Shown in pieces: positions 15,401 to 28,657 of a stretch of 64,000 nt of DNA. The DNA is taken from NCBI GenBank assembly GCA_051362555.1, contig CM120640.1:71030788-71094787 (forward strand), read 5' to 3'. Position numbers and translations under genes: made by a program. The notes beneath the pieces were generated by a model. It ran no database searches. It was not told the origin of the DNA and saw nothing but the letters and a program-made list of their open reading frames with translations. This stretch comes from Lingula anatina (Eukaryota > Animalia > Brachiopoda). Every line of letters begins with the position of its first letter. The first letter of the stretch is position 1.

Positions 15401-18025
15401 TTGTGCGATAGGACACACGGGCAAGTTTCAAAAGTTAACTAAGACACAACTTATTGCTTGACTGATGTTGAAATATTATAAGATACATATATGGACTAGT
15501 GCTTGGTTGTTATCATCTAAGAATGCTCATCTTTGTCAAAATTACCAAACAGTAGACACAAAGTGCATTACTCTCTATCATGTTGTCACCTTAGACACGT
15601 GTCTGCAGCCTCCCTATAATAATAAGACAAAACAAGACCGGAACCTTTTTTCAAGTGTTCTATTATCATATACATTGTGTTTTCTTGCCCATGGTTCGCC
15701 GCCTCCAGGACAGCGCAGTTCTTTACACCTTGACATGATCATTACACGCCTCAGCAGTATCGCCTTGCCGCCTCACTTCCGATACCTCGCATGCTTGGCC
15801 ACTGATACAAAAAACCCACAGATTCACGTAAGTGAAGAACGAAGGTAAACATAACTTTGAAATAACCTCTCAGACACCTCTGTGATTTTAATTCAGTCAC
15901 CAATATTGCCAAAAAAGGGGAATAATTTGTTTTAGCTTTCAATTCTTTTGATCTTGACCTAAGAAGAAGCTAAACCTGGATTGAACATGAATGTGAGATA
16001 TCTAACACCAGAAAACCGGCCTCTAAACCCCGGTTTTCATGTCGTTAGTTCTCGTGTCTGTGTGGGAAAGGCACACGAGGGCCTGGTACACGCTAGGGGA
16101 ACGCACCATGGACAATACCGGCACAGCAGACGACCAGGGCCGTGCCTGTTATTGGAACAAATTACATTACTCTCTGAGACTGGACCATGGTGGACGGCAA
16201 TTGACCTCACGAGCCTCTGTTCTCGGGTCTACATCTAAGATATAACCTCCAAGATTTGGTAAAATAAAGTATTAAAATGAATGTGTAAAAAATAAAAAAA
16301 AAATATATATGACCCATATTCAAGAGGCGGAGGGAGGGGAGTATTATTTTTAGAATGGAGTTGGAGGTTGAATTCCCACGTCAGTTTACAGAGGAAAATC
16401 ACAGAACCAGCTTTTCCTGCCCGCCGCGACAAATTAAGTTATCTAGGTGAACAATGTAAATGCCCCTCCAACATGTGGTATGATGCTGTGTAATAACCCA
16501 GCGGTAATAACCGTAATAAACGTATTATTGGGCATGTGGCTACCCCTGCTAAACTGCCTCCAACTTGAAGTACAAATACAGCCAGTGCTGTGGTGGAGGC
16601 AGGTAGCTCAGATATGAAGCATTAAAAATGCATTTTCTCACGATAATGTTCTGCGTGTAAGTCTCACTAATGTAAGACATCATGTTTAAGTCTTGAAAAT
16701 CACCAGAAATCACGCTGAAGTTTTACCAATGTCTGGAATCACGTTTAAGTCTGTTTAAGTCTTACAGAGATGCCACGGATCATGCTTAAGACTTTCAAAT
16801 ACCAAGAATCTTACAAATGCCAATAATTACGCTTAAGTCTTAGAAATGCCAGGAACCGCACATTTTTTTTCACTGTGCAATTGATTTCAAAGCTTCCACA
16901 TGTGTAGGGGCGGCATGGTTTGTAAGGTATATGAAACCAAAGAATGACCACATGTGGTCAGCGGTCCATTTGTAGTTGCTACCTATACATTACCTAGTTC
17001 ACACTTAATAAAAAGAACAAGTACTGAACCCATTATCGATCAGCATACATCGTGAAACTTTAACCCATAGTTTCTTATTTTGAAACTAATTTTGAGCAAT
17101 GTGCCACCATTTACCATTATTCACTATAGGGGATGTAGTCGTATCCTTAATGCCTTAAAACGTTATAGTCAATATTCGTGTTTTAATCGAAATATTTCTT
17201 ATCGTGTTGCTTCGATAAACTCAGTAACTGGTAGAAATAACTCCAGCATGCAACAAATAAAAGAAGAGAGAGACGGACCGGAAGGAGGCAGGATTTTTTG
17301 CATTCAAACAAATCAGCGTGTTTCTCTGCATTTAGTGGCATGCTTTCCACAGGAATCGCTATGTTAGCTGGTTTTTCTTGATCTATATGTTAGCTTGTAT
17401 GACTCCTACTGTTTTTTTATCATTATTCACTAATACGAAAATATTGCTAAGAACCAACTGGTGTATAAGCTCTTAATGCAATATTCTATAAGATGATTTC
17501 GATGATCTCTGACGGTATTGCCACATGCCAGTTTCTAGGACCAATTTCTGAACCTATTCTTGCTGATTCCCCGTCGCTTCATATTCGAACGCAAACTTTC
17601 TCAAATAAATCGCAGATTTTAGCAGTGAATGAGCAATTCCAAGCGATTTGTAGAATCAATCAAATATTTTGAACATATTTCCATTTACATGGACACCTCC
17701 ACAAAGCAGAAGCCTTTTTTTTTCAAACCTCCATAGATTGAAGCCATTCCAGGAATTTCCCGCCTAATTCTGTTAGTTCAGGGAAGTGTAAGTGTGGTGA
17801 AGTTTGTGAAGGTGGCAACAGAAGAATGTCTGGTATTCTGTCTTCCTTACGTACCACCAGTGGTCCTGCTTTGTAATGTTTGTTAATCATGGTCAACGCC
17901 CAGAATTATTACAACGCCATAAAACAGAAATAGTTTTCCTTATGCTACAAAGGTATGATTAAATCTGCATTCAAGTTCAGATAATACAACATGCTCTTCA
18001 AAGGCACCATGTTGTGATACTGTCA

Positions 18026-18071
<46 letters not shown>

Positions 18072-18179
18072 GCGTGTGTATACGTATGCATTTATGTGTA
18101 TTTGAGTATGCATTTGAGTGTATGTTGTGTGTGTACACACAAGCGCGTGTCTTCGTGTGCATGTGTGCCTGTATGAATG

Positions 18180-18219
<40 letters not shown>

Positions 18220-21200
18220 CATACGTGTATGGGTGTTTATTTGCCCTTTTTAGTTGCAGTAAAACTGTGACCAGACAAAGATTGAAGTATTTCGGTTCAC
18301 TTTATCCCGCGGGATTCACTGGTGGTGATACTGGTGTACATTCTCACCACGTGGAGATTATTCGAAACAGAACTGTACAATCTGCCCGTCTGTGTTGTGG
18401 AGTGGTTGGCTTGAAGAAGGGGTTCTTTAAGATAAGCCGCTATTTGCCATCCACATTAGTGTCTACTTAGTTAGAAAAAGGCAACCTGTTTATTTCAACT
18501 TGTGTTTCACTTTTTTACCGATTTGGGTTTCTTCACGCACACGGCTTACGTAATTACACTTGACATAGCTTTTTTTCAGCAATTTACAGTTGTGATTGCG
18601 AGACTGAAATACCAGGTTACGCGGGCTGCGTTCCCTATGATACACCTGAATTAACGCGTAGAACGCTGCCAGTTTTCAATGGGAGGTAGAATGAATTCCA
18701 ATTCACCATCTGTACGCCCGATTTACTCGTTCTTTGTCTTAAACTTCTGCAATCGAGACGGCAAGTTAGCCACTATTTGACTTGAAGCAAGCAGCGAAGG
18801 CATGGTTACAAACGTTTGAGCGAATTACGTCCAGTTTTCAACCTGCTGGTTTAGGAATTAAACCGTGTTTAGACAAGTGGTCAGTGCCGTTAAGGCCTGT
18901 CCACTACATGTTTATATTCAGCAGTTAATGAAGACTTGTACTGCGCATCATGTAGAATAGTCTGCTGTGGCATAAAGATACAGGACCAACACGAGGAAAG
19001 TATTCTCCTCTATCAGACAGCATTAACCCAGTAAACAGCATTAAGTGGATTTCTTAACAGTGTCTGACTGAAATGACTAACCCGAAATCTGACTTTGATT
19101 TGACTTGTGTCGCAGTCCAGAGTTCTGAGATCTATGCAGAAGTCACTTTACCCCCCCCCCCCCCCCACGTTTTTAAACGATCACATCCGCATATAACATA
19201 GCATTTACTTTTTATTTTTTCGGGTGATTTTTTTCGGGTGGTTTTTTTCTTTTTTTATTCACTCATTTGTTCAACACATTAGGAATTCTAAAAAAAAATG
19301 ACAGCCAGTATCTCAAAGGTACGCTTGGTTTGAACTGTTAATTCCCGTTGCCCTTTTACATCACTAATTCTTGGCATTTCAAACAATTAACCATGCTGAA
19401 AATAATTGGCATGTTTACTACGCTAGTCAAGGTATTGACTTTCTTAGCAAAACAATAGTTTTAGTCGGTGACCTGGGTGGCACTTTCCTATTTCATAAAT
19501 ATTTTTCTTTCTCGGCCAATTACTTTGCGGCGTGTAATCTTTTTACCAAGTTGATGTTGCGACCAATAAACGAGGAAGCATGAATGTCGAGCTCGGTTAG
19601 TGTGAAATGCTAAGTAGGGCTTATGGACCAGTAATTGCTCACTAAACGTACTTTCAGATTCTACAGCAACAAACTCAGGGAAGATTGATATACACGCATA
19701 TGAATTGCGTTTTCTTTAAATTGCAAAATTGCTTTACAATTCACAATTTTCTCTGTTATCACTTTGTCCTAGAGGCGTGGCAAATTGTTTTAATTTGTTA
19801 AAAAATGACTGTGTGGTAAAAATGAATGAATCATAAACTTCTCCCCAGTTAAATCTTTTACCAGTTTAATATGAGCCAGTAATTCCTGTCTGTTATAAAT
19901 TGAGTATTGCATTGTTTCATTTACATGTTAAGCCTGTTTCTGATTCATCGTTAAATCGTAAATATAACAAGCATTTGAGTGATCATTGTCCCAGATTGGT
20001 ATGTCACTGCTTTTTTCTCTCACAATTCAAGATTTTTGTCTCGCGATGCCCTTGAAGGCATCATTTAAAACAGACGGGTAAATTGCCGGCCATATTGTTT
20101 TTTTTTTCTGCAAAAAGGTCACTTTCACGTTCGTAAGAAACTTTCGTCATGCAAACCTGCAAAAACCAAGATAATTCAGCCTGCATGTTTCTACCATAGG
20201 TTTATACCTAAGGCATCTCGACTTACTGCCATCAAATTAAAATAAATGGTCCGATTCATTCATGCACAGATTATAAACACGCAGGAATCATTAATAAATT
20301 AAATATCTTGTCTTTCTGTTATTGCCAGTAATCTTATCTTGTCCAGGAGCAGGCCGAGGGCGTATGTTTTATCTGGATACCGCAATATATGTTTTGAATG
20401 TAAATCCTGAATGTGGGAATCGCTCGCCGGGCAGTCCAGAGAGTGATATCTGCACGTTGTTATGACAACAGAAAGTTACAGGGCATTGGCTACTGTTATG
20501 CCGCTGATACTGTTTTTGTTTTACCTTTTGAAAGCAACTCACGCAGTAACAAGGGTTATGATAAGTCCTAAACCAACACAGAACTAACTGGGCCCTACAA
20601 AGTTGTCTAATAAACGTCTCTAATGATCTTTATCAAAGATGACACATTCTTCATTCTAGATAAGATTCTTTTTCTAATAATCTCACAATATTTACATGAT
20701 TTTCTTTTTTAAATTGCAATATAGTTAAAAGAGATGTTTTGTAGATAGTAGACCTAGTGTACAAAAATGCGGCGTTTTCCCTAAATGCCACGCGTTCTTC
20801 GATGAGATATCGTTTGATATACCCCATTCATCAAACGCTGGCTTTAAATAGGAAGACTTACCTGCTAACGTGTTATCGTAGGCCGACACAACCACTGGCG
20901 CTTTCGTCCAAATGTTACTGAAAAACTGCACACAGACTGAAAAAAGAAAGTTAAAACAACGATAATAAATTTGCGTAGTAAAACTGCAGACGTGCTAAGA
21001 ATTCCCCAAAAGTGAATGCCTTCGATTACCGCTCAAACAGTGGTGTTTGTGTGTTTCAATTACAAAGTAAAGAAAGTAAATCGCTCGCTAATTTTTTAAC
21101 AGGCAGTTACGGATTTACCAGTAATTGCTACTAATTTGCGATAAACAAATATTTTGACGGTAATTACTTACAAATTGTTTGTGCAGTTGATCGGTGCACA

Positions 21201-21241
21201 CAGCAAACGAGCAAAACAAGCAATACAAACAAGCGCTTCAT
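461..21241 (-). CDS. Protocadherin-15/Cad99C-like cadherin-related protein (signal peptide, EC1-EC7 and start of EC8; 3' part lies left of the window)
   Basis: Twenty GT-AG exons join in phase: 21241-21172, 20936-20862, 9123-8987, 8398-8345, 8052-7954, 7463-7371, 7083-6952, 6567-6439, 5163-5067, 4668-4526, 4226-4047, 3747-3610, 3288-3124, 2869-2622, 2304-2178, 2056-1968, 1776-1692, 1491-1276, 1056-949, 589-461 (838 codons). The N-terminus MKRLFVLLVLLVCCVHRSTA-QTIFC looks like a signal peptide. Cadherin motifs present: DGNDPP, LDYD, DVDDLGPKF, AVDQD, DINQNVP, IDRE, DVNDNTP, ETNDYPP, ATDRD, LDRE, DINDNPP, DINDNAP. The DxDDLGP motif, the TPRIYAVDQD segment and the EC1 cysteine pair resemble PCDH15/Cad99C. 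Confidence 0.9.
739..898. mobile_element. GC-rich non-autonomous DNA transposon (hAT-like MITE) in a cadherin intron
   Basis: Terminal inverted repeats (TIRs) CAGGGCCGTAGCC...GGCTACGGCCCTG, flanked by the 5-bp direct repeat TGAAT. Confidence 0.85.
5256..5342. repeat. (AAC)n(AAT)n microsatellite
   Basis: Seen directly. Confidence 0.95.
6301..6368. repeat. (TG)n microsatellite
   Basis: Seen directly. Confidence 0.95.
11679..11894. mobile_element. Palindromic PIF/Harbinger (Tourist-like) MITE, subfamily A
   Basis: Ends GACCCCTTTCCCATAC...GTATGGAGTGGGGTC, with GATCGATC subterminal motifs and central GTTAATTACCCC. Right flank is TAA. Confidence 0.8.
12330..12445. repeat. (TA)n followed by (TTTA)n microsatellite
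   Basis: Seen directly. Confidence 0.95.
16650..16860. repeat. Degenerate ~29-bp tandem repeat
   Basis: Recurring CACGCTTAAGTCTTACAAATGCCAGGAAT-like units. Confidence 0.55.
18028..18230. repeat. (TG)n-rich microsatellite region
   Basis: Two pure TG tracts with degenerate TG-rich sequence between them. Confidence 0.95.
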
Positions 21242-24200
21242 TTCCCTTCCGCGCGATGGTTCCAACTTTGTGTCAGAAGCAGGTAAAACCCCGACAAGCG
21301 TGCCCTCTCTCTCCCACGGCCTCCTCACGACGGCAATTCACTCGAACTTAGCAGCGATTTAGGTACCCTCCGAAATTTTGTCGTCATGCAGTACCTATAA
21401 TTTCATTACTGATCATTATTTTTGGTTCTTGTTTGGCTAAAGTAACCCGATTCCGAGTGGAAAATGTTGTGAAAACAGCAGAATTAGCAGTGTGCTGCAA
21501 GTCTATTAAACCCTCCAAAACCAGTCTATTAGAACCATGCCCGCCACTCTCTCCTCTGCACGGTGGTGTTTTTGTACCATTGTTTCACTACTATGCAAAA
21601 AAGGAGAAAAAAGAAAAGAGAGGGAGACATTCAGCTTCACGGAGGCTCTTATTCTGCCCAGGGTTCGCCCTGTCCCCTCGAGGCAATTACAAAGAAAAGT
21701 GAACAAGGCGCATCAAATGATCCCCCACAAAAACCCGCCTAGGTGGAGTCACCGGCGTTCTCCCGATCTCTCAGGCGCTCAGAAATCTGGGGCCAATTTC
21801 AGCATTTCACCTTCTTTGATTTAAAGTAAAACTGTTGAAAGCTGCATTTTCCGGAGATACGTGCGTCAATATGGTCTTCACTCCCGCAAGCACACACCAT
21901 CGTATATATGTTGTGGTGTAGTGCAGTTTTTTGACACAAGTTTTACAGTAAATTGGTTATCTCCTCTTCAGAACTATCATACAAAGAACCGATGACTATA
22001 GCGAAGTCTTTGATATTGGCACCATTCACATAGAAAGAAGTCAATAATCTATCATATGCCGTCTTTTCGTGTCGGTAAATAACCTAAAATGAAGTAACAG
22101 GAAACTCGCGCATCGTATTGCATAGTTTGGCAATTTCAAGTTTGTGTAAGCGTCGAAACGATCTGGCAGTTTGTATCAGCAGCGAAATTTCTCGCTTTAC
22201 TGGAGCTAGGGTAACGTTGCAAAAAAGCACTTTCAAAATTTGGTAGCTTTCAACTGACTTAAGTGTACGAACGCCGGCCCGGTTGTTTACACATGAAGTT
22301 ATAAAATTAAAGACGGGATTTTCTTCAAAGGAACCTCCCTTTAATTTTCAATACACATGCATTTTTTACTTATACAGTGAGGCAGCCTTCGAGGCAGATC
22401 TCTGTTCAAATCGAAAGAAAAAAGTACAGCTTGAGTGAAAACTTGTTTCCTCAGAATAAGTTAAGCGTCGGTTTCATGCTTCACGTGGGTTGTCAGCACA
22501 CTCTCGAGACACAACTCGTTTAATTCTTTCTAAAATAAAGCTGAGGCATGAAGAGTGGTGCTATTAACGTTTAAGTGAACCACTTTTTACATTACTGTTA
22601 AAAGCCGACAACATTGATCGCATTCATTCATAAAAATCGCTCAGGTTAGATGGTCGCAGACAAATGATTATTAAGATAATATCTGTAATAGTCTTATACC
22701 AATAGAAAGCATACTCCTGTAGATTCAATGCAAGCATAATTTCCACATTGTTTCCATTCCAACTGTAATTCGTCAAAACTAGCAGCCGGTCGTTTCAGGT
22801 CAACAAACCGTTTGTTTAACACATACAATTTACATAACTTGTTTTTTCTACATCAAAAATACATTCACTTTTGGAAAAATTAGCGCTTCGTTGCTGTCAC
22901 TCATTCATGAAGGAAGTATCCTTTCCATGTAAAACTACTCCCGTACAACGCCCCTGTACCCATACCGCGGGTGTTATGTAGCGATAAATTGGACAGCAAA
23001 GGGTAAGGTTAAAACTGGAGTTGAATATTATTTGATTGATTTACAAGCAGGTCGACCTTAGCGGTCCAATGCTTAAGTACTCGTGCACGTCAGTTTTTTT
23101 ATATTACATCGCTCTCAGTAATTCTGTCCAAAAACCCGTCCTATAGGAAAAACAAGGTGATTTATTTGATATTTAACAGGAGCGCGAGCATAGTGCAACT
23201 ACTTTCACTTAATCAACTCTTCATCATTTTTATATTAAACTTAATTAAATTATGTTAAATAAAATGACATTAAGATATCCTGTTAAAGAAAAGCCTCGAT
23301 AAGGACCATGAAGGTCTAACTCTGTACCCAGTACCCAACGGCGTGATTTATTATCTGCACGGTTCGCGGGTTTTATAGTCCTGTATCTTCTCATTTTCAG
23401 GGTGTCTGTACTTATTTCTGTAGTCGTTTTTTGCTTTTAATGTCATGAAATTACAAGTATTAGCATTTCCAGGGTAGATATGACAAGCTATGCACGCAAC
23501 TGCATTTAAGAAAAAGGTTATCAAAGATTTTTTTAAGTGTGCTGGAAATTATAAGCACTGGAAAAATTTAAGAGAATATATAGAAATATTTAGCTTTCAA
23601 ACCTACGACTTGTATCTCTAATTCTGAAATACAATTTAAAAATACACATACATAGTAGAATCCACAGGAAAAAAGTGGAAAAGTATCTGACGAGTAGAGA
23701 CGGCTGATCTTGCACCTCAAAATGAGTCATCGCTGATTTCCACTAACTTACTTCCATTAAAACAAAACAGCCAAATAACATTTTGTAGATGCAAACATCT
23801 TTAAGGCGATGGTCAGAAATAAAGCAACCGTTTCTGAACAATTCTTCACATTAAGTCTATGCAGCATATAAGGGATAGCGTGGTGGGTCCTGGTAGCTTG
23901 CCAACATATAATGTACTGTAAACGTCAGCCGGTGGCGGCAGACCACAACGATCTGTGTCATTGATTGTTAGGTAAATACGACCGCCTAGTCCGACATGTC
24001 ACAACCTTGACAATTGGCTGGATAGTTTTCTGTATCAATACTTTCGGATATACGTGTGATTTGACAGTAATTCTAGCGTGTACTGTAGCTTGCGGTTGAA
24101 ATAATACAGCGATGTGGTTTTTATCAGAGTGCGTGTGTCCGTTAGAGATCAGCTTTAAGACGCTAGCTTAAATTTTATCAATTCCACTTTTTTAAAATTG

Positions 24201-24658
24201 ATATTTCAGTCCTTTTCTATATAACATCTAGTTATAATATCAAAAGAAATAGTTATCAAAGTATTTTAGAGTTATTTTATAATTTTTCAAGCTTTTCTCT
24301 TTCAGTAAATCACGTGAAGTGACATTCTCAAACAAACGTAAATTACCTTCAATAACAGATGGGCGGTATTCTGTAGGTATCAAAGTCTTAGACAAAAATA
24401 AAAAAAGAAAAACTTAGTATTTCCGTAAAGGAATCAGCGAAAGCATAACGGGAATAACATAATTCATTCAACTCAAAAACCGAAACACTGGAAGAAGGGG
24501 TTTTATATCACCCCCGACTGGGGGACCCGTATATCCTAAAAGATGGGGGGGGGGAAGTGGGAGTGAAGACACAGAGGTGATCCTTTCTTCACATCTACAC
24601 GCAATAATTTAAGTACCACAAAAGAGGCAGCACATGCCCTCCCCCTTCAAGGACTTAG

Positions 24659-24887
24659 CAATGTCAGATCCAAGAAAAGGGGGGGGCACGGGGCCGACCC
24701 TCCCCCCCCCCCCCCTTGGCGTGGGGTTCAGGGTCCTGACAAATTTTGGTATTTTAGAGAGCGAACGTTCCTATTTGGTACGGTTTAGAACTATGATTCA
24801 GCTAGTCAAAATTCTAATTTCAAGAGGGGACCATTGGTGTGATTTTTTTCAGAAATCGAAGGGGGTGGGTCAGGATATTCGCCACTG
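24659..24887. mobile_element. Degenerate hAT-like MITE
   Basis: Left end CAATGTCAGATCC followed by G/C runs; right end ATTCGCCACTG resembles the end of the 51233 element. No clean TSD. Confidence 0.5.
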
Positions 24888-25228
24888 TTTTACATATAAA
24901 ATAGTGATATTTCGATTTGTGGTGCACGTGTTAAAAAACATATGCATTACATTGGATACAAAATAGTAATAAAATCTCACGTACGGGTGCTCATATGGCG
25001 CTTCTGAAAATTTAAAATATAAAGTTTGGTCCTAATTTCGATGTATTTGTGTCCTAAAGGAAAGATGACGTAAACAAACAGACACAATACCTGTGCAACT
25101 TGGTCAGGGTGTGGAGTTGGCATTTGTTTTGATTTTAGAAGAGAACTAAGCTAACATCAAGAAAGTAAATTGACAGATAAAATGATGGACTGAAGATCTA
25201 CTGTGGGCAGGATGATGTTTTTATATTA

Positions 25229-25442
25229 GGGTGCATTCCCATAGATTTTAGATCGATCTATCCCCGTGGGGAGTCTCACTAGATTACTGTCAGATAATCC
25301 GGCTTAAATGCCCGTCCCGCCTACTACAAGCTTTAAGGGGGTAATTAACTTTCCTGCCCCCTCGGCTGACGGCTATTTAGCATGAACCCCCAGAGAGTTA
25401 GGTCGATCTAGTTGGATCGATCTAATCTCTGGAAATGGGGTC
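25229..25442. mobile_element. PIF/Harbinger-like MITE, subfamily B
   Basis: TTA|GGGTGCATTCCC...GGAAATGGGGTC|TTA; the internal sequence is shared with the copies at 30773, 39791 and 61130. Confidence 0.85.
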
Positions 25443-27968
25443 TTAGTGTTTCGTGTTTGGGTGTATTGTTTTCAGCTAATGGATCACAGTTTTTTGGTCA
25501 TTCTAAAAAAAAGACTTTCTTTGGCGTAAAACGGAAATAAAAATCTCTAGTCAATACAATTAAAGTAAGTGAAAAACAGTCCCCATATCTGTTTCTTTGA
25601 AGTGCATTGCTGTAGCGAAGCTACGTTAGAACACTGGTGCCTTTTTTAACAACCCTGTCACAACCCATATAACGCACACATAGGGGCATTGCATCGCGGC
25701 ACATCTATCGCAATCCTTTGCAATTTTTGGACCAGCCGGCTAGGTTCATTGAAACGCTCTATTTCACCTGACATTTATCCTGCCTAATAAACCGTTGTAG
25801 ACGGTCAGAGCTGGGAGAATTAACTGCATCTGGTATTTGTCTTACGGTAGTGGCTGGCGGTCAAACAAGGTCGCCACTATTACTACTCTAGACTGAAGTA
25901 GTGTAAAACCAACGCATGCTTGTAATGGGCCACAAGTCTGCAAAACCAGACTTAAACAACGGCTTCTTTTACGTTAAGTGCTGTGTGCATGAATATTTTC
26001 AACAATATGATTTAGACAATCATAATACACCTGCTTGTAAATTAGAATCACGCCCTGGAGTAGTGTGGACAGACGTCACTTTAGTTTAATTTAGGTACAC
26101 ACACCTCAGTTTGTAGATTGCGCACTTGTTTGTACTCGTTTGTTTCAATGTGTAAATAGGCCTATATATTTAATTGGCCATTTTGCTGTTTTTAATTCAT
26201 AGCAAGAGATTAAATGAAAATCACAGGTTCGTATCTTGACTGTTTGCTTATTATGCATATGTTGATTGTACGTAGATACACTGTGCAGAGACCTTAGTCG
26301 TGTCCATGCGCACGTGCATCTGAATACGTGTTTTTGGGTTTGTGTACATGCATCTCGTGTGCACGTGTTCTGTAGCACCTCTTGCTACTGTCACAACAGT
26401 GTGCAGTGGTCTTCAGTGCGGGTTAATTGACAAGTGAATAAACGCCAAGAAATGTGAATACCGGTGAAGGAATGAGTAAAATAGTCCGTGCAGGTAAATA
26501 CATGTAGACTAGTAAGTAGTTCAAATTATCAAATAACTTCAGGCATCTTACATTTTACTCTGCGATGCTGGAGAACGGTTTGGTCACGTGCTATTAGTGC
26601 ACTCCACATTTGAAACTTCTTGAACTGAAATTGCACAGTGGGTTAATTACAACAAACATAACAACATACATGCTTTAGATCAGGCAGGAAACAATGAATA
26701 GTAACACATAGACCAGCAGTACAGTTATGTTGCATTGCCAGATTTCCATGTGCTCAAAGTTTAGAAGACATGTTAGGCACTGGATACAACATACTGACGC
26801 CTCAGATGTGGCACAGAGAACACTGTCGTCTGCTTGTTGGTTTCTGTCTTTTCCAACGCTGTCAAATCATTGCGATGTTACTGATAAATGCAAATAATAT
26901 TCAGGGTGGTTGGTAACATATGGAGACATTAAAATAGGCCCTTCCGGATATGAAACTGCAATCATGCTGTCACCCAACCTATGATACGGACACTATCATA
27001 AGTCCTTGAGCTTTCATATCTGGATGGGTCTATAAAATCCATTTTGTTTTTAAGTCACAGAGCAGGTTAAAGTCAATTTTTGGTACAAACCTGCCTTCGT
27101 TTAATTACCATCATTCAACGTCAGTGCTCTCAAATGACATCATGGGCGTAATGCTTCGAACGCTTTTTCTTTTTCCGAATTATTTTACGGTTTTCTGTTT
27201 TAATATGTTGCATTCTATTCATCGGAATTCATCAGTAAAGTTGATTGAAACGACAAATTAATCAAGGGAAATGTGAATTATTCGTTCGAAGCATGCTGGT
27301 CATAAAAAATAGAACATGTTACCATGGTTACCGGTTATCACGTGACGTGACGTAACGTGGGTTCAGTATGAAGAGGGTGCTGAAACAAAGCGTAGTGTCA
27401 TGCCTGGCGGAAAAGCTCACACATCTCTACTCACATAATAACTGGCCTAAGTTACGATAGTTGTCTAAGTTGTCTGAGGTAGAATTGCCTGAGGCTGTGT
27501 CGTTGATCGAATCTCTGCGATTTACAGCTGAAATTGAGAAAGAAAACACACGTCATTATTTCACTATGGTTAGTCTGTCTAGTGAGACCATAACGGGACG
27601 TTGGCATTGGGTATTTAGGTGTAGAGACCTGTTGAAACCAGTGACGATACACAGTATTGTAGAAAGCCAGTTATCAAATAAACCGTGATATTTCGACACA
27701 GCTGTGTAGCAATAGATCCCTGATTGGTGCGTTAGCAGCATTTTATTCCAAGCGTCTCCTGTGGTCCTCCTTCCACCGTTTTTTTTCTGCGTGGCGAAGC
27801 TCCGAACACTGCACACATTACACAGGTCGTTGACCCGCTGAGTGTCAATAACTGACACTTTGTTTCTGCTGTTATCACGACTTGAAGACGATTGCTTTTC
27901 TCGGGTCTTTGCAACATGTGGGTTCCTTCGTGTGATATGAAGCGGAAATGTATGCTCCTTGTACAATA

Positions 27969-28657
27969 GCCCCATTCACACCTACATGGTTAATCGAGAT
28001 TAAGGGAATCGCGATTCTAACGCGCTTAGCTAAATTCACTTTTTTGCGTTCACACATGTAAAAACGAAATCGCGATTTACCTTGCTAGATCTGGTAATTG
28101 CAACTGCGCTCCCTAGGGGAGTCACGGTATATCCTGTTGATCATGCGCAGTAGCTGCCTTCAAGACCATGCTTTCGGTGTGTACGGTGTTATTTTCTGTT
28201 TAATACTCTCATCGGCCCAAATATTTAGTTATGCTGCCACTGAGTTTTCAGACCAGTACGTCCTCGTGGCCATTTTGCTGACTGCTAAGAAACTTGAAAT
28301 TGCGTGGACAGTTTCTTTTCTTTCACTTTCCAGTCGGCGAATAGATGTATTTAGCTAATGTTTCGTTTAAATTTATACCCGACATGAAATAAAATTTATT
28401 GTATTGTATTGTATTGTACTTACGATATAAACTGTGCACGCGCCTAAGTCCTCAACTTCCGGTGTTAACATCGATCCCGTTCTCACTAGGAAATTTTATA
28501 TCGCGATTTAAGTTTACATCGATAGAATCCACCTCTCGAGTAGGATTAATTTGAATCGCGATTTGGCGTCTCGACTGCGTTCACACTAGAAGCTTTACAT
28601 CGATAGAATCGCGATTTGGCACTAATCGCGATTGAAAGTGTCTCGTGTGAATGGGGT
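27969..28657. mobile_element. ~690-bp non-autonomous Harbinger-like element
   Basis: TIRs GCCCCATTCACAC...GTGTGAATGGGGT. Many subterminal AATCGCGATT palindromes and TTCACAC motifs occur at both ends. No transposase ORF. Confidence 0.75.

Noticed and set aside
17940-18253. HT-repeat and CV-repeat ORFs
   Set aside because: They are translations of (TG)n microsatellites.
25091-25140. Candidate upstream cadherin exon with a CAG|GTATTG donor
   Set aside because: There is no in-frame AG acceptor, and the signal-peptide exon at 21241-21172 already completes the N-terminus.
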